Shown: piece by piece, positions 19,488-27,709 of the stretch
How positions within the stretch are numbered: the first letter of the stretch is position 1
How the letters are laid out: every line of letters begins with the position of its first letter
Source of the DNA: an uncultured Rhodobacteraceae bacterium
GTDB lineage: Bacteria; Pseudomonadota; Alphaproteobacteria; Rhodobacterales; Rhodobacteraceae
Direction: 5' to 3'
DNA: 64,000 nucleotides
Assembly: GCA_947502145.1 (NCBI GenBank)
Contig: CANMYO010000006.1
Span: 11,476 to 75,475, forward strand
The notes under the pieces: generated by a model
What the model was told of the DNA's origin: nothing
The model's database searches: none
What the model saw: the letters and a program-made list of their open reading frames with translations, nothing else
Made by a program: the position numbers and the translations under genes

Positions 19488-20078
19488 TCAATCAGCCGCT
19501 CCTGGCCGCAGAGCCAAGCGGCACAGGACCTCGATATGCCCATCTAACCAATCGTAGTCCAAAGGAAGTCCTGCGACGAGTTTTCGGTGATATGGAACAG
19601 AAATCGCCATTTCGATCAGGTTCTCGACGGGAGCATCTGGCGCGAGCTCTCCCCTTTGTTCGGCAGCCTCGAAGACGGACATCATATCTCTTTTACGATC
19701 TGCCATGAAGCCGTTGATGGCTGATTTTGCGTCTTCGTCAGTTGCTGCAGTGGCAATCATCTGTGGGGCAATTTTCCCCCAAGGCGTTTCATTCAGAGCG
19801 GCCATCAAGAGCCCCAGCATCCAATTCAGATCAGCTTTGAGCGGTCCATTTGTCCTTGGCGCAATAACTGGTGGTCTTGCGACCCGTAGCATCGCGTCTT
19901 TGCGAAGTTGTTCAACATGCGGCCAATGACGGTACAGCGTGCTGCGGGAAATACCCGTTTCCGCACTCACTGATGCATGTGTAACTGCAAGGACGCTTTC
20001 GGAATGAAATATTTTGAATGCTGCATCCAAAGCCAGATTTCGGGTTGCGATGTAGCGCGGATCTTCAGTGGTTTTCAT
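19488..20078 (-). CDS. TetR family transcriptional regulator
   Basis: 196 aa. N-terminal HTH THASVSAETGISRSTLYRHWP. Confidence 0.8.
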   Translation of the reverse strand: MKTTEDPRYIATRNLALDAAFKIFHSESVLAVTHASVSAETGISRSTLYRHWPHVEQLRKDAMLRVARPPVIAPRTNGPLKADLNWMLGLLMAALNETPWGKIAPQMIATAATDEDAKSAINGFMADRKRDMMSVFEAAEQRGELAPDAPVENLIEMAISVPYHRKLVAGLPLDYDWLDGHIEVLCRLALRPGAAD

Positions 20079-20229
20079 TGATCAAAGCTTATAGAACATT
20101 TTGTTGCATAGTTGTAACTTGTGTACTAAAGACAAGTTATAGCAACAAGCGCCGCACAATGCGCTGCCAATCTCCCAGCAGTCGAGTTGTCCGCTTTTCC
20201 GACAGTAATTTGCGACCGGAGGATATCCC

Positions 20230-20643
20230 ATGAAGAAACTCGCCTTTGTCCTGCTCTTGGCATCGTTGGCTACACCAGCGCTTTCGCAAGAGGCAACGAG
20301 TATTGATCGAGACGAACACTTGCTGGATGGCGTGAGCTTCACATTCCAAAATCAAAATGCAGACGCAGCGGATATCGCGTTTGCGGATGGAGAGGTAATC
20401 TATAGCTGGACAGTGGGGCGGCAGGCGGGCAACCCAACGGTAACTGTCCCGTATAAGTCGCAGAAGATCGACACAGACATCTACCTTGTGGGTTGGAACG
20501 AACCAGCGAGCCAAACCTTTGTCACCATGGTCTATAACTTCAGGTCCAACACCAGCTCAGTCTCAGTTCTTGCAAGATACGGTGCAGAAACCCCCTTCTT
20601 TGGTTTTCAGGGCGGCGTCATCGAACATGTGGTGGGGAACTGA
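20230..20643 (+). CDS. Exported PadC/MoaF-like (calycin-fold) protein, paralog 1
   Basis: 137 aa with signal peptide (LAFVLLLASLATPALSQ). Pattern Y.W..G......V.Y..Q.I....YLV.W.EP......T.V.NF resembles the phenolic-acid-decarboxylase/MoaF N-domain pattern. Confidence 0.5.
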   Translation: MKKLAFVLLLASLATPALSQEATSIDRDEHLLDGVSFTFQNQNADAADIAFADGEVIYSWTVGRQAGNPTVTVPYKSQKIDTDIYLVGWNEPASQTFVTMVYNFRSNTSSVSVLARYGAETPFFGFQGGVIEHVVGN

Positions 20644-20644
20644 C

Positions 20645-21061
20645 ATGGGTTTCAGAGCCTTGATGACGATTGCGGCCGCGGCGCTGTTGTTGGGCAGCGT
20701 ATCCGTGACCACTGCTCAAGAGGCTGCGGACGAACACGTTCTTGACGGCACGACGATCAATTGGTCCTACACGGCCAATGGGGCAGCCATGGTTCTGACG
20801 TTTGAAGATGGGTTGGCCAGCTATGAATGGGTCAGAGGCCGACGGGCGGGCAATTCTGCAAAGGACATATCCTACCGCTCACGGGAAATGGCCAACGGTG
20901 TATTTCTTGTGAGCTGGGATCAGGCGGACCGACCGGACTTCATCACACTGGTATTCGACTTCAATGAAAACATCATGGCGTCGACGGGACTGATTGGATA
21001 CGGAACTGATGATCAGCGGAACCTGTTTCAAGACGGCATCGTCGAGAGTGTGGAACGCTGA
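20645..21061 (+). CDS. Exported PadC/MoaF-like protein, paralog 2
   Basis: Start at MGFRALMTIAAAALLLGSVSVTTAQE (20645, two nt after paralog 1's stop codon). Aligns by eye with paralog 1 (HLLDG/HVLDG, YSWTVGRQAGN/YEWVRGRRAGN, YLVGWNEP/FLVSWDQA, VTMVYNF/ITLVFDF). Confidence 0.55.
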   Translation: MGFRALMTIAAAALLLGSVSVTTAQEAADEHVLDGTTINWSYTANGAAMVLTFEDGLASYEWVRGRRAGNSAKDISYRSREMANGVFLVSWDQADRPDFITLVFDFNENIMASTGLIGYGTDDQRNLFQDGIVESVER

Positions 21062-21138
21062 TGTCCTCGGCTGGGCGAATACTGAGTTCGCGCAGTCTCT
21101 GCCTCAAGAGCTTCTGCCAATCGTGGCGCGAGACGCGT

Positions 21139-22023
21139 TCATGCTTTTCCATCGCCCACCAAGAACCGCACAAACAATGTCGTCAGATTTTCGCGGCGCG
21201 ACTGGTTTGGCCACACTGCGTAGAGGCCCAATGGTTGAAGCTTCCATTCGGGGAGAACATGCACCAGATCGCCCCGTTCAAACCCCAGGCACGCGAGATG
21301 TTCTGGGATGGCAGTTACGCCCAAACCTCGAGTCGCAAATTCGTAAAGAGCTTCGGCAGAGTTCACAGTTACATTCGATTGTCCGATGACCGAAGCGACT
21401 GTACCGTCGTTGGACGTCATGTCAGTCTGATCAGGCCGCATGGCAAACCTGATCCAGTCCCAGTCTTCAAGGTCACTCGGAGTAGTCGGGGCCGTTCTCG
21501 ATCCCGCGTATTCTGGACTGGCCACCAAGAACCGATCGGTGTGTCCGATGGTGCGCGACATGAGTTCACTGTCTTCCAGCCAACCAGCTCTGATCGCGAC
21601 ATCAAACCCATCTTTGATGATATCTGCGCGCCGATCCGAAAATTGGATATCTATATCCACGTGAGGATGTTCACGCGCGAATTTTGCGAAGGTTTCCATC
21701 AACTTTGTTTGAGATATGAAGGCTGGTGCAGACACCCTCAAAGACCCGGTTGGAACGCGTGCTGTTGGGCTGATCTGATCCAGCCCGGTTTCTGCCGCCG
21801 CCAACATATCTTGCGCTTTTTGATGCAGAAGGCGTCCTTCGTGGGTGAGCGACAATTGTCGGGTCGTTCGATAGAGCAACGTCACACCAAGGTCCACCTC
21901 AAGCTGCGACACGACCTCGCTGACACGCGACGGCGCAAGACCAAGATGCTGTGCTGCGCCACGAAAAGACCCTTGATCCACAACCGTTGCAAAGATCGCA
22001 ATGCTACGAAGTTTCTCAATCAT
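21139..22023 (-). CDS. LysR family transcriptional regulator
   Basis: 294 aa. HTH FATVVDQGSFRGAAQHLGLAPSRVSEVVSQLE. Confidence 0.85.
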   Translation of the reverse strand: MIEKLRSIAIFATVVDQGSFRGAAQHLGLAPSRVSEVVSQLEVDLGVTLLYRTTRQLSLTHEGRLLHQKAQDMLAAAETGLDQISPTARVPTGSLRVSAPAFISQTKLMETFAKFAREHPHVDIDIQFSDRRADIIKDGFDVAIRAGWLEDSELMSRTIGHTDRFLVASPEYAGSRTAPTTPSDLEDWDWIRFAMRPDQTDMTSNDGTVASVIGQSNVTVNSAEALYEFATRGLGVTAIPEHLACLGFERGDLVHVLPEWKLQPLGLYAVWPNQSRRENLTTLFVRFLVGDGKA

Positions 22024-22145
22024 TGTTCACCTCAGCCGATCAGTTCCATCTGCAAATACCCAGTTATTGAGAACAGACTCAAGCGGTATGTGAGTTGCGT
22101 GGGGGCCGTGATGTGGCCTCGGAACCAGATTTTGGAGGACTAATC

Positions 22146-22625
22146 ATGACTTTTAAGAACCTCGTCGGCGCCGCATCCTTGGCCGTTGTCGCAGCATCCG
22201 GCACAGCCGCTCTCGCAGACAACAAGGATACTGTTTCGGTATTTTACGACCTGTTGAGCGATCCGGGTAACGTTGAACTGGCCGAGGCATTCCGCAATGC
22301 GACGTCGGAAAACTGGGAAAGCATCGGGAACTATTCTGGTGAAAACGAAGGCCGCGACGGCTTTCTCGGCCAGATGGGTGGGTTTGCCCAACTGATGCCT
22401 GATCTGGACTGGGCTGTTCAAGACATGCACGAGGACGGCGACACAGTGATTGTGCGCAGCCGTGCGACTGGCACACCTGTTGCCCCCTTCTTTGGCGTTG
22501 ATGGTCAAGGCCGAAGCTTTGACATCATGACAATCGACATTCACCAGCTCGAAGACGGCAAGATCATTCGCACCTACCACGTCGAGGATTGGGCCACCGG
22601 GTTGCAGCAGCTCGCAGGCAAGTAG
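22146..22625 (+). CDS. Exported SnoaL-like (NTF2-fold, ester-cyclase-type) protein
   Basis: Start at MTFKNLVGAASLAVVAASGTAALA (22146). Later DLDWAVQDMHEDGDTVIVRSRATGT ... FDIMTIDIHQLEDGKI is typical of SnoaL polyketide-cyclase-like proteins. Confidence 0.6.
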   Translation: MTFKNLVGAASLAVVAASGTAALADNKDTVSVFYDLLSDPGNVELAEAFRNATSENWESIGNYSGENEGRDGFLGQMGGFAQLMPDLDWAVQDMHEDGDTVIVRSRATGTPVAPFFGVDGQGRSFDIMTIDIHQLEDGKIIRTYHVEDWATGLQQLAGK

Positions 22626-22680
22626 TCACAAACCTTGGCGCATCGGCAATCGGTGCGCCAATTCATTTGAGGAGAACGAA

Positions 22681-23172
22681 ATGCAACGTAGGACTGTTTT
22701 GAAGGCATCTGTCGCCGGTGCAATCGCCATGACATTGGCGAACCACGCGAGCGCACAGGAACTTGACGACACAAGCCAGGCGACACTGGATACTGTCATG
22801 GCTCTTATGGGGGCAATGGGATCTGGCGATATGGACACGCTCATTGCGCTGATGGACGACGATATGGTCTGGCACAACGAGGGGGACAGCAATATCCCCT
22901 GGATTGGACCATGGAATGGCAAGGATGAAATTCTAACGTTCCTCGGAATCTTTGGTCAGAACTTCCAAACAACGAAATGGGAAAATACGGACGTCTTGGC
23001 GTCTGGTGATACCGTCGCAGTCTTTGGCGACATGAACGGCATCACCACACATTCGGGCAAAGAGATCGGTGATTTCACCTTTGCCCTGCGGGCCAAAGTG
23101 CGGGATGGCAAAGTCGTTCTGTGGAACTGGTTCGAAGACAGCTATGCCGTCAGCCAAGCCTACAACGGCTGA
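22681..23172 (+). CDS. Tat-exported NTF2/SnoaL_2-like protein
   Basis: 163 aa. Twin-arginine leader MQRRTVLKASVAGAIAMTLANHASA. NTF2-like body (MDDDMVWHNEGD ... GDTVAVFGDM ... FALRAKVRDGKVVLWNWFEDS). Confidence 0.6.
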   Translation: MQRRTVLKASVAGAIAMTLANHASAQELDDTSQATLDTVMALMGAMGSGDMDTLIALMDDDMVWHNEGDSNIPWIGPWNGKDEILTFLGIFGQNFQTTKWENTDVLASGDTVAVFGDMNGITTHSGKEIGDFTFALRAKVRDGKVVLWNWFEDSYAVSQAYNG

Positions 23173-23239
23173 TTGCCACCACCCTGATTGAGACCGTGGG
23201 GCGGTATCATCCGTCCCGCGCCATGAGCGCCAACAGCAG

Positions 23240-23800
23240 ATGGGGATACCAATGGCCACGCTTTCGAGAGTTTCAGCCGCAATATGCTTTGTGCTGGTTT
23301 GCACACCGGCAGTCGCTAACAACATCGAACTTCCGATCAGAGACGCAAAGCGGCCCGAGACGACAAGTGGTATTCCGCACGTCCAACTAGGTAGTATCAA
23401 AGCAGACCGAGGTCTTTCGGATGCTTTGCTTCAAAGTGTCAGTGAGCTGCCAGGTGTTGAGCTTGGCCCCACGAGGGTGTCTCTTCCCGGCGCCGTCGGT
23501 TTTCAACTGACCAGCGATATTGACTTGGCAAATCCAGACGCAATTGTCGGAGGCCGCGAGTTCGCGCATCTGCATCCAGATGGCAGTCTGCATGCCTCAT
23601 TGGAGCCAGACCTTGCTCGGGCCGCAGTTTCTGCAGGTTGGGCAACGCCACATCCGTGGGCCAAACAGCGTGCGAATTTTGCCGGTTTCGTCATGATTTA
23701 CACACCACAAACGCAAGAAGAGCTGGAAGTCGTGATCGAGTTGGTGCGGGCGTCCTACACCTTTGTCACCGGGCAGGTCGCGCCAGGCCAAACTCAGTAA
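23240..23800 (+). CDS. Exported luciferase-domain/DUF5519-like protein
   Basis: 186 aa with a signal peptide. The REFAHLHPDGSLHASLEPDLARAAVSAGWATPHP block is what I recall for that family. Start could be M5 (23252). Confidence 0.45.
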   Translation: MGIPMATLSRVSAAICFVLVCTPAVANNIELPIRDAKRPETTSGIPHVQLGSIKADRGLSDALLQSVSELPGVELGPTRVSLPGAVGFQLTSDIDLANPDAIVGGREFAHLHPDGSLHASLEPDLARAAVSAGWATPHPWAKQRANFAGFVMIYTPQTQEELEVVIELVRASYTFVTGQVAPGQTQ

Positions 23801-23910
23801 GGCTTGGCGGATCACGTAAATGATGGGACTGGCGCGACGGAAAGCGCTGACTGGCCCGTTCAATTCTCGTCGCTCCATTCAGCGCGCACTATTTCGGAAA
23901 GGGTTCTGCC

Positions 23911-24507
23911 GTGTCTCGTCTATCCCCATATTGGCTTTGGCTCCTCCTCGCACTTCCAGCCTTAGGATTTTCCGCCCAACTTGCGACGACCGATGATCCA
24001 CGAGTTGTGCACCAGCTACTGCATCCAACCGGGGAGTTTTCAGCACGTTTCATGATCATCGCGATGCTGGCATCCCCGTTGGTGTTGCTCTTGCGCGGAT
24101 GGCGCGGACCTCAGTGGCTCAAGAAAAACAGACGCTACTTTGGCGTGGCGGCGTTCGGTTATGCGGCAATGCATACAGTCCTCTACTTGGCGGACGAGGG
24201 TTCAGCGGCCCGCGTGTTGGCCGATCTACCCAAGCTCTACATCTGGACGGGTTGGCTTGCCTTCGTGATCTTCATCCCATTGGCAGTCACGTCGATGGAC
24301 TACTTCGTGCGTCGCATGGGACCAGCCTGGAAGACTTTGCAACGTACGACCTACGCTGCCGCCGTCTTAACGCTGGTTCATTGGGCTGCATTGCACAATT
24401 GGAACGGTATTGGCCCGGCACTTGTTCATTTTGGTCCGTTGGCTGTGCTTGAGGCCTATCGAGTTTGGTATTGGTACCTACGACCGAAGAGCGCTGTGGC
24501 GTCCTAA
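23911..24507 (+). CDS. Ferric-reductase-like transmembrane heme-b protein (MsrQ/YedZ family)
   Basis: 198 aa with GTG start, ~5-6 TM segments and conserved His residues in TMs (AAMHTVLY, LVHWAALH). No MsrP partner is adjacent. Confidence 0.6.
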   Translation: MSRLSPYWLWLLLALPALGFSAQLATTDDPRVVHQLLHPTGEFSARFMIIAMLASPLVLLLRGWRGPQWLKKNRRYFGVAAFGYAAMHTVLYLADEGSAARVLADLPKLYIWTGWLAFVIFIPLAVTSMDYFVRRMGPAWKTLQRTTYAAAVLTLVHWAALHNWNGIGPALVHFGPLAVLEAYRVWYWYLRPKSAVAS

Positions 24508-24565
24508 AGGCGTACATTCGCGCAGGCATTTCGCTTTCATCATTGTTCAGCCAAATCGCAAATCC

Positions 24566-25459
24566 TCACATTGCCCCCACCGGAAGTTGCTGTGCCTCAG
24601 ACCATTGCCGTGGCGACTGCCCATACATCCGCTTGAACTCTCGGCTGAACTGCGACGGGCTGACGTAGCCTACGTCCATTGCCGCCTCGTTCACGGTCAT
24701 GCCCCCTGCAATCTTCATGGCTGCGTTGTTGAGGCGCATTGATTTCACGAACTGGATCGGGGCCATTGTTGTGACCTGTTTGAACTTGCGATGAAATACG
24801 GCGCGGCTCATGCCTGCGCGAGCCGCCATATCATCAATAGAGATTGGCGCATCCAAATGGGACGACACATGCGCAATGGACCGTGCAATGGCGTTACCAG
24901 CACCAAAGGCTTGTCGTGCAAACAAGCCAGCCTCGCCTTGCAGGATCGCATAGTAGAGTTCACGTAGCCGGGCATCGCCAAGAACAGCGGCGTCGGTTGG
25001 ATTTGCGCCAAGCTGCAACAGTCGCTGCAACGCATCGGTGAAACCTTCATCCCACTCTGCCAGTTTGATCCCCTGCGCGCGCAAGTCACTTTTGAGCGCA
25101 GGAAGCGCGCCACCGACATTTTCCATCTCTAACGTCAGTTCCGTCATGACCCGTTGGTTCAGGGAAATAAAAACACCGTAAAGAGGGTCATCAACGGATG
25201 CGTTAGGTGTCCCGGCTTTCACCGGCATCGACATCGGGCAGCACAAATACTTGCTATCGTCGTAGGTGTATCTGTGGCCATCCAGAACGGCCTCCTTGGA
25301 ACCACTCACAATGGCAACGACGCTGGGTTCATACACCGCCGGGACACAAGGGATCGCTTGCGTTGCCCGAAACAGGCGCACGCCCGGAATGCCGGTTTCC
25401 GTCAGGCCGTCTTGGTCAATGCGTGCTTCGATAAGCTGTTTGATACGTTGTTTGCTCAT
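24566..25459 (-). CDS. AraC family transcriptional regulator (AraC_N-type sensor domain)
   Basis: 297 aa. C-terminal HTH pair (ISIDDMAARAGMSRAVFHRKFKQVT ... NEAAMDVGYVSPSQFSREFKRMYGQSPRQW). Confidence 0.8.
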   Translation of the reverse strand: MSKQRIKQLIEARIDQDGLTETGIPGVRLFRATQAIPCVPAVYEPSVVAIVSGSKEAVLDGHRYTYDDSKYLCCPMSMPVKAGTPNASVDDPLYGVFISLNQRVMTELTLEMENVGGALPALKSDLRAQGIKLAEWDEGFTDALQRLLQLGANPTDAAVLGDARLRELYYAILQGEAGLFARQAFGAGNAIARSIAHVSSHLDAPISIDDMAARAGMSRAVFHRKFKQVTTMAPIQFVKSMRLNNAAMKIAGGMTVNEAAMDVGYVSPSQFSREFKRMYGQSPRQWSEAQQLPVGAM

Positions 25460-25628
25460 GCAGCCAATTTAGTGCGGCAGAATCCGCCCTGACAACCCGA
25501 CTGATACAATCAGGCAAGTATTCGCGACGATCCCGCCTATTTCACGGAGCTAGCGAGAGTTATCTACACCTTTAAGACGCGAACAGGCACCGCGCGGCTG
25601 ATGTGCCGACATCATAAGGAGCAACACG

Positions 25629-26576
25629 ATGGCAGATACGACATTCGGACCCAAAGGCTGGACGCCAGAACGCCTCGGCTCACTCGCAGGGAAAACCTAT
25701 GTGATCACCGGCGCCAACGCGGGTGCTGGTTTCCAAGCTTCGCGCACCTTTCTATCAAAAGGCGCAAAGATTGTGATGCTGAACCGCAGCGCAGAGAAAT
25801 CAGCCGCCGCGGTGAAAGACCTGAAAGACGAATTCGGTGCGGAGGCCGATGTCAGCTTTGTACGAATGGACCTGTCTGATTTGGCAAGCGTTCGGGCTGC
25901 CGCAGAAGAGGTGAAGAAAACCGTTCCGCAAATTGATGCGCTGATCTGCAACGCGGCTATCGCACAGGTGCCTACCCAGAAGTTCACAGTTGATGGGTTT
26001 GAAAGCCAGATTGGCACAAATCATTATGGCCATTTCGTGCTGTGCGGAATGTTGTTTGACCGGATCGAAGCCAGCAAAGGCCGCATCGTCGTTGTCGCCA
26101 GCCTTGGCTACAACCTGGGGATCAAGACCATCCAGTTCGATGACATGAATTGGGACAAAAATTACAGCGCCAATCCTGTTTATAGCCAAAGCAAGCTGGC
26201 GCAGATGATGTTTGCATACGAGTTGCAGGATCGCCTTGAAGGGAGCGGCAAAGATGTCAAAGTCTACGTCTGCCATCCGGGTGCCTCCGCGACATCACTG
26301 ATCAGCACCAGTGGAGGTTTCCTGACGCGGATGACCTGGTGGCTGATGAGCAAGACGCCGATGGTTCAAACGGCCGAAAAAGGGGCTTACCCCGAGATCA
26401 TGTGCGCGACCGAGGACGGGCTGGAGCAGCGTGCGTTTTACGGCCCGACCGGGTTGATGCAAACAGGCGGACCTGTTGGCAAGGGCACGCTCAATCCTCA
26501 TGCCTATGACAAGGCGGTCATGGAAAAGCTGTGGGAAGTGTCGGAAGAGGCGACGGGGTTCAGCTGGGTACTCTGA
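25629..26576 (+). CDS. Short-chain dehydrogenase/reductase (retinol-dehydrogenase-like)
   Basis: 315 aa. Motifs VITGANAGAGF (TGxxxGxG), NAA and YSQSKLA (YxxxK). Confidence 0.8.
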   Translation: MADTTFGPKGWTPERLGSLAGKTYVITGANAGAGFQASRTFLSKGAKIVMLNRSAEKSAAAVKDLKDEFGAEADVSFVRMDLSDLASVRAAAEEVKKTVPQIDALICNAAIAQVPTQKFTVDGFESQIGTNHYGHFVLCGMLFDRIEASKGRIVVVASLGYNLGIKTIQFDDMNWDKNYSANPVYSQSKLAQMMFAYELQDRLEGSGKDVKVYVCHPGASATSLISTSGGFLTRMTWWLMSKTPMVQTAEKGAYPEIMCATEDGLEQRAFYGPTGLMQTGGPVGKGTLNPHAYDKAVMEKLWEVSEEATGFSWVL

Positions 26577-26805
26577 TCGTCGCACTGGCCGATTGAATCA
26601 CCGTACCTTCGTCAAAGCGGACCTTCGTGCTGACCGCAGCATCCGGTGAAATGGGCTCTTCGCGGTCATCAGCCGCATCGTAGAAATTCAAGTGGGGTTG
26701 GAGCGGTCGCTCTAAGTGACGGCCCTTAGCGGACCTTGAGCACGAAGCTCGAATGCCGCGAACGCAGCCCGCATTGCGGACATTCGTACATCACGAACCG
26801 GTCAA

Positions 26806-27696
26806 TCAATAACCTGCAGAGACAAAACAATCGCGATGATGTCCCAGGAACCGTTCTGAAGGATACAATCGCTTGTCTTGCGGGAGGTGAACCCTAGTAA
26901 GAGATGGCTCGAGCAAATGATGGAAATCTGATGGAATGCGGTTATGAGCAACAATCAACCTGAACGCCGGGTCGATCGTTATGAGGTGGCGGTCAAAGAG
27001 CCAGTGAGCTGTCGCCGATAACGCGAGCCCGTTTTGAACGACGTCGGGTCCATCGCTCTCAACGGGTTGAATATGGGCGGCTTGTACTTCGGATCGACCG
27101 CCCCCATTCACAATCCGAAGGCGCGTTACAGCACATCGATCATCATATGCTTCGCAAACGATCTTTCGAAACGACGCATCGCGCACTGCTCGATTGGTAA
27201 GCCGTTCTTCTCGCGACCTAGAAATCGCTGTGTTTTCCGCTTGAGCATCTCCTTTTGGCCACCATCTGGACGCGCCTTCCGGATCTAAGATTTCGCGAAG
27301 CCCAAGATCGACGATCGCATTGAAGTCAGCATCCTCAAGCATGCGCACGGACCGCCCACGAAGGTATATACCAACTTGAGAGACATCGCGTATCTCGCGT
27401 AGTGCCCGCTCAGCATATCCTCCGCCAGGTTTCCACGGCACAGGACTGGGGAACTGTAGATAGTCCGCGATAATCGCATAATAGAATCCATCGCTCTCTT
27501 CATCTGGCAGAATGTCGATGACTCTTGCTACGGCAAAATATGCAATGCCTTCGCCACCATCGCGAGGTCGGCGAAAAACAATCCAATCGTTTAGTGCCTT
27601 CTCTATTTGTCGCAAGTACCTCGAAGGAAAATGATAATGTGAAGCGACTTCGTCGTCGTATGCCGACCCTCGTTTTGCGTCGAGAACGATTTTCAT
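26806..27696 (-). CDS. HNH (HNH_2-type) endonuclease with an N-terminal reader-like domain
   Basis: 296 aa. C-terminal motif CAVTRLRIVNGGGRSEVQAAHIQPVESDGPDVVQNGLALSATAHWLFDRHLITIDP. N-terminal ~170 aa (YDDEVASHYHFPSRYL ... IVFRRPRDGGEGIAYFAVARV) resembles the domain commonly fused to this HNH in putative modification-dependent enzymes. Last gene of the four-gene operon, with a 13-nt gap to dcm. Confidence 0.75.
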   Translation of the reverse strand: MKIVLDAKRGSAYDDEVASHYHFPSRYLRQIEKALNDWIVFRRPRDGGEGIAYFAVARVIDILPDEESDGFYYAIIADYLQFPSPVPWKPGGGYAERALREIRDVSQVGIYLRGRSVRMLEDADFNAIVDLGLREILDPEGASRWWPKGDAQAENTAISRSREERLTNRAVRDASFRKIVCEAYDDRCAVTRLRIVNGGGRSEVQAAHIQPVESDGPDVVQNGLALSATAHWLFDRHLITIDPAFRLIVAHNRIPSDFHHLLEPSLTRVHLPQDKRLYPSERFLGHHRDCFVSAGY

Positions 27697-27709
27697 CGCT
27701 CTAGTCGAC

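Noticed and set aside
19232-19547. Several 60-100-aa ORFs on both strands between the LysR and TetR genes
   Set aside because: They overlap mutually, lie on the dispersed repeat/hairpin region and have Ala/Arg/Cys-rich shadow composition. I interpret the region as non-coding repeat DNA.
21061-22143. 360-aa ORF on the + strand
   Set aside because: It is entirely antisense to the well-supported LysR regulator (21139..22023). Its Arg/Ser/Cys-rich composition is typical of an antisense frame in GC-rich DNA, and it has no motifs.
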